DNA from: Endomicrobiales bacterium
GTDB taxonomy: Bacteria; Elusimicrobiota; Endomicrobiia; Endomicrobiales; CAWCFT01
Length of the DNA stretch: 64,000 nucleotides
NCBI GenBank assembly: GCA_963794945.1
Contig: CAWCFT010000001.1
Coordinates: 384,001-448,000 of the forward strand
Direction of reading: 5' to 3'
Part shown: in pieces, positions 51,716 through 63,179 of the stretch
How the letters are laid out: every line of letters starts with the position of its first letter
How positions within the stretch are numbered: the stretch's first letter is position 1
Position numbers and translations under genes: made by a program
The notes under the pieces: model-generated
Told to the model about the DNA's origin: nothing
The model's input: only the letters and a program-made list of their open reading frames with translations
Databases searched by the model: none

Positions 51716-53110
51716 ATGCCTGACACAGCTCCGGTTATTAAGCTGATACCTGTAAACCGCATCCTTCCGTCCCGCCATCAAGCCCGCAAGAGCTTCAACG
51801 AAGAAAGCCTCAAAAACCTGGCCGCGTCTATCAAAAAAGAAGGGCTGGTAGAGCCTATTATGGTTCGCGTTGTGCCTCCTCCCGAAGGGGTTGCCGCTGA
51901 CCCCGTTAGAGATACATCGGCAGGATTGTCAGGACAGAGTAATGATAAGCAGGACAGTGCTGGTACTTCCGGCCAGCCAAGCGAGGGTGCGGCCGCCCTT
52001 GAGCGGCCTATCTCTAACGGGGCTGGCAGCGAATGGTACGAGATCATATTTGGCGAGCGCCGCTGGCGGGCCTATATGCTTTTGGGCAGGGAAACCATAG
52101 AAGCGATAATAACCACGGTTGCGAGCGAGGCCGCGTCAGCCGCCAAAGGGCTGGTTGAGAACCTTCAACGGGAAGGGATAAACCCCATTGAAGAAGCGGA
52201 GGGCTTTGTCCACTTAAACCAGCTAGACCCGGTCTACTGGACCCAGGGTAATATATCTGAAACAGTAGGCAGAAGCCATGGGTATATTAGCCAATCCCTC
52301 AAAATGCTAAAGTTACCGCAGTCTATAATAGATAATGTTAGGCGCCTAACTATCCACAGGAGCAATGCCCTAGAGCTTTTGCGCCTGCCAAACGAAGGCC
52401 TGCAGGAGACGGCGGCTAACGAGATAGTAGCCAAGGACCTGAACCTTAAAAATACACGGACACTTATTGATAAAATGATTGAAAATCAAGTCAATAGGGC
52501 AAAAACACAGGCTGGTGAACAGGCTGGCGGAGCTACTGCCGGCGCCCACCCCTCAAATGACTTCAGTATCAAAGACTCAGCCGGCGCTATACATATAATA
52601 GGTAGCTTCCAGAAGCCTATCGTCCCTGCCGAGGTTATAAAGGCCCTGGAAGCCACACTCCTGCATTGGCAAGAGATGGACAGCCAGCCAAAGAACCAAA
52701 CCAAACAGCCAAAACACCCCAAATCCCAACAGACGTCCAAGGAGCCAAAAGCCCCTGACCAGGGTGCGCCCATAACCCCTTCGCCGCTTGTGGGTAAGGC
52801 TGAAGCAAATACAGCCGGACAACCTCTAAACATGGACCAGCTCAAAAAGGCATTAGAGTCAGAACAGGGCAACCTCATCAACGGGCAGGCGGGTCAGGCA
52901 GTTCTCGCCGCATTGGAATATCAAAAGAAAGTAACCGAATTAATCAGCCTTCAGCAGGCCCTTAAAGCGGCTGGCAGCGAAGAAGAGAAGATCAGGCTGA
53001 ACGCTGAAATTGAAAAGAAAAAGGCGGAGATAGAAGCTATAAAGAAAGGCCTACAGGCAGGCGGTTCAAACTCGGCCCCGCATGATTTGCCGGACGCTCC
53101 AAAGGCCTGA
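51716..53110 (+). CDS. Orphan ParB/RepB/Spo0J-family protein with in-frame insertion and coiled-coil tail (#2)
   Basis: QARKSF, LAASIKKEGLVEPI, YEIIFGERRWRA, ENLQREGINPIEEA, HTH TQGNISETVGRSHGYISQ. No parA nearby. Confidence 0.88.
   Translation: MPDTAPVIKLIPVNRILPSRHQARKSFNEESLKNLAASIKKEGLVEPIMVRVVPPPEGVAADPVRDTSAGLSGQSNDKQDSAGTSGQPSEGAAALERPISNGAGSEWYEIIFGERRWRAYMLLGRETIEAIITTVASEAASAAKGLVENLQREGINPIEEAEGFVHLNQLDPVYWTQGNISETVGRSHGYISQSLKMLKLPQSIIDNVRRLTIHRSNALELLRLPNEGLQETAANEIVAKDLNLKNTRTLIDKMIENQVNRAKTQAGEQAGGATAGAHPSNDFSIKDSAGAIHIIGSFQKPIVPAEVIKALEATLLHWQEMDSQPKNQTKQPKHPKSQQTSKEPKAPDQGAPITPSPLVGKAEANTAGQPLNMDQLKKALESEQGNLINGQAGQAVLAALEYQKKVTELISLQQALKAAGSEEEKIRLNAEIEKKKAEIEAIKKGLQAGGSNSAPHDLPDAPKA
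51901..52022. mobile_element. MITE-like element inserted in frame in ParB-like gene #2
   Basis: Perfect 14 bp terminal inverted repeats CCCCGTTAGAGATA / TATCTCTAACGGGG. CTG flanks both sides (51897-51899, 52023-52025). Internal GGCCGC/GCGGCC hairpin. Confidence 0.7.
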
Positions 53111-53163
53111 AGTTTTCGGACGGCCAACTGTTTAAATATGAATTTGAAGTACCCTTTAGGGCA

Positions 53164-53188
53164 TTTAGAGATTGCCAATTAGAAATTG
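53164..53188. repeat. Third copy of the 25 bp repeat, downstream of ParB-like #2
   Basis: TTTAGAGATTG-CCA-ATTAGAAATTG. Confidence 0.6.
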
Positions 53189-53302
53189 AATTAATGGGGC
53201 TGCGCCGAGATCGAACCGGCAGCCAAAGTCAAAGATCCGCTAGTTAGGCAAACCACGGAAGAGTATATGCGCACTTGGAAAATATTTTATATATAGGGGT
53301 TG

Positions 53303-53330
53303 TTGCAATATGAAATAATATTGATATAAT
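53303..53330 (+). promoter_or_regulatory. Putative sigma70 promoter
   Basis: TTGCAA-16 bp-TATAAT with TG extension. Confidence 0.45.
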
Positions 53331-53426
53331 AGCCTAGGCATAGATCATCTTTTGACTATTGATACATCAGGACGCAAAATAATTAGAATAGTTAGTGAAG
53401 CCTGCCCTCATAAACGAAAAGGAGAA

Positions 53427-53990
53427 ATGAACATGGAAGTCAAAGGAGTGGCTTTTGTCGCGAGAAAAAACGCTTTGATCAAGCAGTTCGGCGAAAAAAA
53501 GTTCGCTGAGTTAATGAAAGAGGTTGCCGAGAAGGAAGAGTATTTTAAAGACCCCTTCATAAATCAGGCGACTTTGATCCCCATTGAAAAATTCCTGCTT
53601 TTTAACGATATGATGGTGAATAAATTTTACGGCGGTGACGCTAAGATCTACTGGAAGATGGGCGAAAAATCCGCGGAATTCTCGCTTATAGAAGGCCCTT
53701 TCAAAGTCTTTATCCAAAATAAGAGCATAGAGGATGCTTGCAAAACGAGCATTCCGAACGTATGGAAGGTTTATTACAACGAAGGAAGAGTGGAAACAAA
53801 ATTTGAGAAGGGGATGGTTAATATAAGGATCCTTGACGTGCCAATTCTCCACTCGTACTTCGAGTATGCGCTAATGGGATATTACGTTAAATTGCTTGAA
53901 CTGGTCGGCGCAAAATCGATCAAATACGATGCGATAAAAACGGTTGAAAAAGGCGACACGGAAATTGAATATGTATTCCATTTTCAGTAG
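53427..53990 (+). CDS. Hypothetical protein (weak resemblance to DUF2378/H-NOX-V4R-like ligand-binding fold)
   Basis: RBS AAGGAG. Motifs VKGVAF...FG, WKMGEKSA, W..YY..G, GY...LLELVGAK. Confidence 0.6.
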   Translation: MNMEVKGVAFVARKNALIKQFGEKKFAELMKEVAEKEEYFKDPFINQATLIPIEKFLLFNDMMVNKFYGGDAKIYWKMGEKSAEFSLIEGPFKVFIQNKSIEDACKTSIPNVWKVYYNEGRVETKFEKGMVNIRILDVPILHSYFEYALMGYYVKLLELVGAKSIKYDAIKTVEKGDTEIEYVFHFQ

Positions 53991-54095
53991 TGGAACAAAC
54001 AACCGCAGGCGTGGTATGAAAATAGTTCTAATTAATTTTGTCATAACAATAATTAGTCAAAATGTTCAGCGATTATAGAACAAACAAGGGAGCTC

Positions 54096-55065
54096 ATGAA
54101 AGCAATTGTATACACTCAATACGGTTCACCGGATGTTCTGCAGCTTAAAGATGTGGAAAAACCTTCTATTAAAGACAATGAAATACTGGTAAAAATCCAC
54201 GTGGCGTTTGTGAACGCGGCCGACTGGCATCTTTTAAGAGCTGACCCGTTCATAGTACGGCTGTTCGCGGGGCTTTTAAAACCTAAATATAAGATACTGG
54301 GTGCTGATATAGCCGGGCAAGTTGAAGCTGTCGGCAGAAATGTAAAGCGGTTTAAGCCCGGTGACGAAGTATTCGGCAGTATATTCGGTTGCTGGCCTTG
54401 GCGGTTTTGCCGAATACGCGCGCGCCAGCGATGACGCGCTTGTTCTCAAACCAGCCAATATATCTTTTGAGGAAGCGGCGGTGGCGCCTTTGGCGGCAAT
54501 TACCGCTTTGCAGGGCCTTCGCGGCAGGGGGCAAATTCAGCCCGGGCAACAGGTATTGATAAACGGCGCGTCCGGCGGTGTAGGCACGTTCGCGGTTCAG
54601 ATAGCCAAATCGTTCGGGGCAGAAGTAACCGCCGTGTGCAGTACGGGGAATTTGGATATGGCGCGCTCGATAGGCGCTGACCACGTCATTGATTACACTA
54701 AAGAAGATTTCACGAAAAACGGCCAGCGCTATGACCTTATTTTTGCCGCCAACGGATACCATCCCATCTCGGACTATAAGCGAGCGTTAAGCCCCGGAGG
54801 TATATATGTAATGGCCGGAGGGGCCGTAGCTCAAATGTTCCAGGCCGTATTTCTGGGGCCGTTGATGTCGCTTGGCGGAGATAAGAAAATGTTACAACTT
54901 TCGGCGAAATCAAACCAGAAAGACCTAACTTTTATAAAAGAACTCCTTGAAACAGGAAAGATCAAACCCGTTATATACAGGCGTTACCCGTTAAGCGAGG
55001 CCGCCGAAGCTGTCAGGTGCGTTGAACAAGGCCACGCCAAAGGGAAAGTTGTCATAACTATGTAG
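54096..55065 (+). CDS. NAD(P)-dependent MDR-family oxidoreductase (frameshift near 54390)
   Basis: [43 protein letters not shown]. Confidence 0.9.
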
Positions 55066-55095
55066 CAATAGTTTAACATTTCACCAGCCCAATTC

Positions 55096-55124
55096 TTGAC
55101 AAACTTTTCAATTTGAAGTAGAAT
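55096..55124 (+). promoter_or_regulatory. Putative sigma70 promoter
   Basis: TTGACA-17 bp-TAGAAT. Confidence 0.6.
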
Positions 55125-55176
55125 TAAGACCATTGAAAACAACTCAATAGTCTTGATTGCGCGGATAATTAACTAC

Positions 55177-55210
55177 GATTACACAGATTGTAACATAGAT
55201 TACACAGATT
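55177..55210. repeat. 13 bp direct repeat with 21 bp period
   Basis: GATTACACAGATT at 55177-55189 and 55198-55210. Confidence 0.8.
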
Positions 55211-55333
55211 AACATCAACAGAATTTTAAGGCAGTTAGGTTATTTGAAACGTATAAACAGAGTTTTACATATAACCAGTCATCGACCGAATCATTCCTAG
55301 ATCAAAATCCAAATCCTTAAGGAGAAAAAAGCA

Positions 55334-56392
55334 ATGTCAGCGCACAAAGTTACTCTTATACCCGGCGACGGAACAGGGCCGGAGATCACCGACGTTACAG
55401 TTAAAGTTGTCGAGGCGACAGGCGTAAAAATAGACTGGGAAGTAGCCGAGGCAGGTTCGGATGTTATGCAGAAATACGGCACACCGCTTCCTGAAAGCAC
55501 GCTTAAATCCATCGCAAAAAATAAAGTCGCCCTCAAAGGGCCTATAACAACGCCAATCGGGACGGGGTTCCGTTCGGTTAACGTTGCTATTCGCAAAGAG
55601 CTCGACCTGTTCACTTGCCTTCGTCCCTGCAGGACATACAAAGGCGTCAAAAGCAAATACGAGAACATCGACCTTGTAGTCGTTAGGGAAAACACCGAAG
55701 ACCTTTACGCGGGCGTTGAATACGCCGCGGGAAGCAATGAAGCCAACAAGATAATTGAAATGTCGGCGGGCAAGATACGCAAAGACTCCGCGATATCCAT
55801 CAAGCCCATGTCAAAATTCGGTTCCGAGAGAATAGTAAAGTTCGCGTTCGACTACGCTGTAAAGCACGGAAGAAAGAAAGTGACGGCCGTGACAAAAGCG
55901 AACATAATGAAATTTACCGACGGCCTCTTTTTCGACACCGCCCGCGAAGTGGCCAAACAATACGCAGGCAAGATTGAATACGAAGAACGCCTCATAGACA
56001 ACATGTGCATGCAGCTAGTCCAGAAACCCAACCTTTACGACGTTATCTGCCTTCCCAACCTTTACGGCGACATTCTTTCAGACCTGTGCGCCGGCCTCAT
56101 AGGCGGCTTAGGCATTGCCCCGGGCGCGAACTTCGGCAACGAAATCGCCGTTTTCGAAGCAGTTCACGGCTCGGCGCCTAAATATAAAGGAATGAACAAG
56201 GTTAACCCTGTGGCTGTTATTCTCTCGGCGAAACTAATGCTTGAGCATCTTGGCGAAGCAGATGCCGCCCAGAGGCTAGATAAAGCCGTTGCCGGTGTCA
56301 TTGCCGAAGGCAAGAACGTTACTTACGACCTTGGCGGAACGGCGGGGACCAAAGAAATCGGCGAAGCCATAATTAGCAAGATCAAAAGTTAA
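55334..56392 (+). CDS. icd: Isocitrate/isopropylmalate dehydrogenase family, probably isocitrate dehydrogenase
   Basis: [47 protein letters not shown]. Confidence 0.8.
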   Translation: MSAHKVTLIPGDGTGPEITDVTVKVVEATGVKIDWEVAEAGSDVMQKYGTPLPESTLKSIAKNKVALKGPITTPIGTGFRSVNVAIRKELDLFTCLRPCRTYKGVKSKYENIDLVVVRENTEDLYAGVEYAAGSNEANKIIEMSAGKIRKDSAISIKPMSKFGSERIVKFAFDYAVKHGRKKVTAVTKANIMKFTDGLFFDTAREVAKQYAGKIEYEERLIDNMCMQLVQKPNLYDVICLPNLYGDILSDLCAGLIGGLGIAPGANFGNEIAVFEAVHGSAPKYKGMNKVNPVAVILSAKLMLEHLGEADAAQRLDKAVAGVIAEGKNVTYDLGGTAGTKEIGEAIISKIKS

Positions 56393-56478
56393 AAATCAAA
56401 TGTTAAATATTTTGATTTGCATACATCCGCTTTAGCGGATACCTTAATTTTGATATTTGATGTTTGATATTTAATATT
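56393..56478. repeat. AT-rich heptamer array with central ATCCGC/GCGGAT hairpin
   Basis: TTTGATA-TTTGATG-TTTGATA-TTTAATA units; ATCCGC-TTTA-GCGGAT. Confidence 0.6.
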
Positions 56479-56496
56479 TCTATAAAAGGAATGTTT

Positions 56497-56940
56497 ATGG
56501 AACGGACGTGCTTGATAGTCAAACCAGACGGTGTAGGCAAAAGAGTTATTGGCGAAGTTATAAAACGTTTTGAATCCGAAGGCTTCAAGCTTGTTGGCCT
56601 TAAGATGGCCAGGCCCGCCAGGCAAGTTATGGAAGATTTTTACAGCGTTCACAAGGGTAAACATTTTTTTGAACCCTTTATAAATTTTGCTACGTCAGGC
56701 CCCATAGTAGTTTGTGCGTGGGAAGGCCCTGACGCTGTAGCCAACACAAGAAAGATAATCGGCGCCACCAATTCCAAAGAGGCAGCGCCCGGAACGCTTC
56801 GCAACCTTTACGGCACAGACAACAGGCGCAACCTTGTGCACTCTTCCGATTCCGTAGAGAACGCAAAAAGAGAAATTAGTTTCTTTTTCAAAGACAGCGA
56901 ACTTTTCGATTACGAATGGAACGGATGGGAAGATAAATAA
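56497..56940 (+). CDS. ndk: Nucleoside diphosphate kinase
   Basis: ERTCLIVKPDGV, SGPIV, APGTLR, NLVHSSDS. Confidence 0.96.
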   Translation: MERTCLIVKPDGVGKRVIGEVIKRFESEGFKLVGLKMARPARQVMEDFYSVHKGKHFFEPFINFATSGPIVVCAWEGPDAVANTRKIIGATNSKEAAPGTLRNLYGTDNRRNLVHSSDSVENAKREISFFFKDSELFDYEWNGWEDK

Positions 56941-57026
56941 ATCAAAGATCAAGAATCAAATATAAAATATTTCAACCAAGACATTTTATGATTTATATTT
57001 GACATTTGATTTTTGATATTTAATAT
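56941..57026. repeat. Inverted AT-rich heptamer arrays
   Basis: ATCAAAG-ATCAAGA-ATCAAAT... facing ...ATTTGAC-ATTTGAT-TTTTGAT-ATTTAAT. Confidence 0.6.
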
Positions 57027-57055
57027 ATACGATAGGGCTTTAAAGGGATATCACC

Positions 57056-58260
57056 ATGAAGGTTCTTGTTATCAACAGCGGGTCGTCATCGATCAAATAT
57101 ACCTTTTACGACATGGACGGAGAAAAAAGGCTGGCAAACGGTTTGATAGAATGCATTGGCCTGCCTGAAGCTTATTTCAAGCACCAGATAGCTGGCAGCG
57201 AAGAAGTGAAAGAGTCCTGCAAAGCGGCTAACCACCTTGAATCGATAGACATGATACTCAAGAACCTTGTTGGCGGGAAGTCGCCGGTAATTAAGGACCT
57301 TAACGAGATATCAGCGGTAGGCCACAGGGTTGTTCACGGCGGCGACAAGTTTTCGGATTCCGTTCCGGTGAACGATGACGTTATGGCGGGCCTCAGGGAT
57401 TGTTTCGCGATAGCGCCGCTTCACACACCGCACCACTACGCGGGCATCGAGGCTATTTCGAAACTCATTCCCGGCCAGCCGCAGGTCCTTGTTTTTGACA
57501 CATCTTTCCACCAGTCGATACCCGAGCACGCTTACATGTACGCTCTTCCCTATTCCATTTACGAAAAATACCATATACGCCGCTACGGATTTCCACGGCA
57601 CTTCGCACAAATACGTTTCACTGCGCGCGGCGAAGATGCTTGATAAACCGGTAGAGAACCTTAAGCTTATAACATGCCACCTGGGCAACGGGTGCAGTAT
57701 AACGGCAGTGCTGAACGGAAAGTCCATTGACACTTCAATGGGGTTTACTCCGCTTGAAGGTTTGATAATGGGCACAAGGTGCGGCGACATAGACCCGGCC
57801 ATAATAGTTCACCTGATGAACAACGAAAGGATAACAGCTGAGGGTATAAATACCCTTTTAAACAAGAAGAGCGGCCTTTTCGGCATCTCGGGCCTGACCG
57901 GAGACATGAGGACAATATTGAAAGCGGTCTCGAGCGGCTCGGACAAGGCGAAACTCGCGCTCGACATGTACTGCTACAGGATAAAGAAATATATTTGTTC
58001 ATACTTCGGTGTGCTTAACGGTGCGGACGCTGTTGTTTTCACGGCAGGCGTTGGAGAGAACTCGCCCACAATACGCGAGAAATCCTGCCAGGACCTTGAC
58101 AGCCTCGGGGTTAAGCTGGATGCCGCTTCTAATAATCAGTCCGCATCAGGAGAGAGGGTAATATCATCGTCTCGATTCTAGAGTGAAAGTGCTCGTTATA
58201 CCTACCAATGAGGAGCTTATGATAGCACGCGAGACAGTAAGGGTATTGACAAATTCATAA
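57056..58260 (+). CDS. ackA: Acetate kinase (frameshifts near 57592 and 58175)
   Basis: [55 protein letters not shown]. Confidence 0.95.
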
Positions 58261-58272
58261 GTAAAAAATATA

Positions 58273-58729
58273 ATGAAAAATCTTCAAATATCCGTTAGTG
58301 ACGTAAAAGAACACGGCAGTGTAACTCAAGGGCCAGAAAAGTATCACAGCAAGGACCTTGAAGGCCTGGTTAAAAATCAGGACCTTTCGGTAAACTTCAC
58401 GCTTACAGACCTCGAAGGCGAGATACTGCTCAGAGGGGGCATCGAAGGTTCTATTGTCCACGAATGTTCTAGATGCCTTGAAGAAACTGTTCTGCCTGTT
58501 GATATAAAGATGTGCGAAAGTTTCCCTTCAACACAGGAAATTATAGATGTTGAAGAGGAAATAAAGCAATTATTGATACTTGAATTGCCCGAAAAGCCGT
58601 TGTGCAAGCCCGAATGCAAAGGCCTATGCGCCGTGTGCGGCGTGAACAAAAATATTTAAGGACTGCAGCTGTGGCGAGCCGGGCATAACGGATCCGCGCT
58701 GGGCCAAGTTGAAACAGATATTAAAATAA
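58273..58729 (+). CDS. yceD: YceD/DUF177 family protein (frameshift near 58655)
   Basis: ECSRCL and PLCKPECKGLCAVCG; DPRWAKLK in the shifted frame. Lies upstream of rpmF. Confidence 0.88.
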
Positions 58730-58748
58730 ACGCAGAAAAGGAGATACA

Positions 58749-58976
58749 ATGCCAAATCCAAAAAGAAAACATACCCCGTCAAGGCGCGACAGCCGCAGGG
58801 CGTCTAACTGGACAGTAAAGGCCAGGAATTCTTCTAAGTGCCCGCAATGCGGAGCGGCAAAACTTCCTCACCATATCTGCCCTTCCTGCGGATTTTACAA
58901 CGGCGAGCTGATATCGCCCAAGAAAGTTAAAAAGAAAAATACCGAAGGCCAGCAGCCGGCCGGGGAAAATAAATAA
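58749..58976 (+). CDS. rpmF: 50S ribosomal protein L32 (zinc-ribbon type)
   Basis: MPNPKRKH...CPQCG...HHICPSCGFY. Confidence 0.95.
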   Translation: MPNPKRKHTPSRRDSRRASNWTVKARNSSKCPQCGAAKLPHHICPSCGFYNGELISPKKVKKKNTEGQQPAGENK

Positions 58977-59993
58977 ATGCGCATAGCTCTTGACGCGATG
59001 GGAGGAGACAATGCCCCACGCGTAACCGTTGAAGGCTCTATTCTTGCCGCCAAGGCGTCAAAAGACGAGATAATCCTCGTCGGGCCTGAAGCTGTCCTTA
59101 AAGCGGAGCTCGCCAAATACGACACAAGAAAGCTGCCTATCAGCATTTACAACGCTGAAGAGGTAATAGGCATGGACGAGTCTCCGGCGCAGGCCGTGAG
59201 GCAGAAGAAAAATTCGTCGATGTTCGTCGCCGCGAGGCTCGCTTCGGAAGGAAAGGCCGATGCCTTTGTTTCCGCGGGTAACTCCGGGGCCGCCATGGCT
59301 TCGGCGCTCCTTAACATGAAGAGGCTTCCGGGAGTAGCCAGGCCGCCGATACTTACGGTATTTCCAACTGTTAAAGGCGTACTGCGCGATGCTTGACATG
59401 GGAGCCAACGTAGACTGCAAACCAAAACACCTGCTCCAGTTCGCGATAATGGCATCGGTGTATATGAAGAAGGTTTTAGCGATAGAGAGCCCCAGGGTTG
59501 GGCATTCTTTCCATAGGGGAAGAAGAAACAAAGGGAAATGAGCTTTCTCTTGCCGCTTTCGCTCTTCTTAAAACAGCGGGCTTAATTTCATCGGTAATTG
59601 TCGAAGGCAACGATATACCCCAGAGGCAAGGTGGACATAGTGGTCTGTGACGGCTTCGTTGGGAAACATAATACTAAAATTCGGCGAAGGCGTGGCCGAG
59701 ATGATGCTGAAATTAGTCAAACAGGAATTCAAGGAATATCCTATAGCGTGGGCGTCGATTCCGTTTCTTTGGGCCGCGCTTAAAAGACCTTAGAAAAAAG
59801 TTGATTATTCCGAACAGGGCGGGGCGCCGCTTCTCGGCGTAAACGGTGTATGCATGATAGCCCACGGGAGATCGGACTCGAAAGCCATAAAGAACGCGAT
59901 CCTCGCAGGGCAGCCAGGTTCGCCGAAAAGAATATTAACGCAGATATCACCCGCGAGCTTGCGGCTAGAGGCATAGACAAGGCAGAAGACTAA
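58977..59993 (+). CDS. plsX: Phosphate acyltransferase PlsX (several frameshifts)
   Basis: [38 protein letters not shown] and GGAPLLGV, distributed across frames. Confidence 0.92.
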
Positions 59994-59996
59994 ACA

Positions 59997-60995
59997 ATGA
60001 ACAACAACAGATACGGAGTAAAAATAGCCGGGACGGGCTCTTATGTCCCTGAAAAGATATTGACAAACCTTGACCTTGAGAAACTTGTCCAGACTTCGGA
60101 CGAGTGGATAACATCCCGCACAGGGATGAAGGAAAGGCATATAGCGGATGATAAAACGGCGACATCGGACCTCGCTATCGAAGCCTCTAAAAAGGCCCTC
60201 GATGACGCCAAACTCAAGCCCGAAGACATAGACTGTATTATCGTCGCCACCGTAACGCCTGACATGTTCTTTCCTTCGACAGCCTGTTTTGTGCAGAGAG
60301 CTCTGAATGTGCCCAACGCCGCGGCCTACGATATCATGGCCGCCTGCAGCGGTTTCGTCTACGGCCTGTCCATCGTCAAAGGCTATATTGAAAGCGGGAT
60401 CTATAAAAATGTGCTTTTGATCGGGGCCGAAACTCTTTCCAAGATAACCGATTGGCAGGACAGGAATACATGCGTGCTGTTCGGGGACGGCGCCGGAGCT
60501 ATGATCTTAAGCCGAAATGACAACCCTGAGGAAACAGGTTTGTTATCCATAACTCTCGGGTCAAACGGCAATTATGAAAAACTTTTGTACCTTGCCGGAG
60601 GGGGCTCAAGGAACCCAACGACAAGCAAGACCATTGAAGATAAACTTCATTTCATAAAAATGGAAGGCAAGGAGACATTTAAGGTAGCGGTCACAAAGAT
60701 GGCTGATGCCGCGCAAAAGGCTCTTGAGTTGGCCGGCAAAAAATGCGAAGACATGAAACTTATAATACCTCATCAGGCGAACAAAAGGATAATAGACGCA
60801 ATAGCCAAACGCATGAGTATCGCTGATGAAAAAGTTTACATCAATATACACAAATACGGCAATATGTCGGCCGCTACCACGATAGTAGCGCTGGATGAGG
60901 CCAGGCGGACCGGAATAGTCAAACAAGGAGACATGGTGGAACTGGTCGCTTTCGGCGGCGGTTTCACATGGGGCGCGGCGGTAATAAGGCTATAA
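59997..60995 (+). CDS. fabH: 3-oxoacyl-ACP synthase III
   Basis: AACSGF, LFGDGAGA, PHQANKRI, GNMSAA, FGGGFTWG. Confidence 0.96.
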   Translation: MNNNRYGVKIAGTGSYVPEKILTNLDLEKLVQTSDEWITSRTGMKERHIADDKTATSDLAIEASKKALDDAKLKPEDIDCIIVATVTPDMFFPSTACFVQRALNVPNAAAYDIMAACSGFVYGLSIVKGYIESGIYKNVLLIGAETLSKITDWQDRNTCVLFGDGAGAMILSRNDNPEETGLLSITLGSNGNYEKLLYLAGGGSRNPTTSKTIEDKLHFIKMEGKETFKVAVTKMADAAQKALELAGKKCEDMKLIIPHQANKRIIDAIAKRMSIADEKVYINIHKYGNMSAATTIVALDEARRTGIVKQGDMVELVAFGGGFTWGAAVIRL

Positions 60996-61083
60996 CGTCT
61001 AATTCAAGATTTAAGATTTTAAGATTAAAGATTGCTGGCATAATTTGAAATTTTCAATTTTTGTTTTTTAATAGGAATCTATA

Positions 61084-62815
<1,732 letters not shown>

Positions 62816-62864
62816 TTCCGGATTTACGTATACTTATATATATATGTGGTCAAAACCAGCGAAA

Positions 62865-62890
62865 TTGTTGCGGGAACAAAACCGCAACAA
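62865..62890. promoter_or_regulatory. Perfect 9-8-9 inverted repeat upstream of acpP
   Basis: TTGTTGCGG-N8-CCGCAACAA. Confidence 0.4.
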
Positions 62891-62911
62891 ACATGAAACA
62901 GGAGGAATCAA

Positions 62912-63160
62912 ATGGCAGATGCAGAGTCAAGAGTGAAGGAAATTATCGTTGAGCAGTTAGGTGTGGACCCGTCAGAAGTGTCGCTGCAGGCGTCGTTCGT
63001 GAATGATCTTGGCGCGGATTCGCTTGACACAGTCGAGCTTGTTATGGCGTTTGAAGAAGAATTCGGCCTGGAAATACCGGATGAAGAAGCCGAAAAGATC
63101 CAGACTGTCGGACAGGCTATAGATTATATCAAAGCCACCAGCCTAAATAGCCTTAAATAA
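62912..63160 (+). CDS. acpP: Acyl carrier protein
   Basis: [28 protein letters not shown]. Confidence 0.97.
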   Translation: MADAESRVKEIIVEQLGVDPSEVSLQASFVNDLGADSLDTVELVMAFEEEFGLEIPDEEAEKIQTVGQAIDYIKATSLNSLK

Positions 63161-63179
63161 GACGAGCGATAAATAACCC

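Noticed and set aside
4006..53110. Chromosomal parABS locus, or an integrated plasmid or prophage
   Set aside because: I saw no parA, integrase, replication or phage genes and no canonical TGTTTCACGTGAAACA by eye.
53246..53380. c-di-GMP-I riboswitch (GGCAAACC ... GGACGCAAA)
   Set aside because: The two motifs are ~115 bp apart and separated by a candidate promoter, with no P2 stem or GNRA loop geometry.
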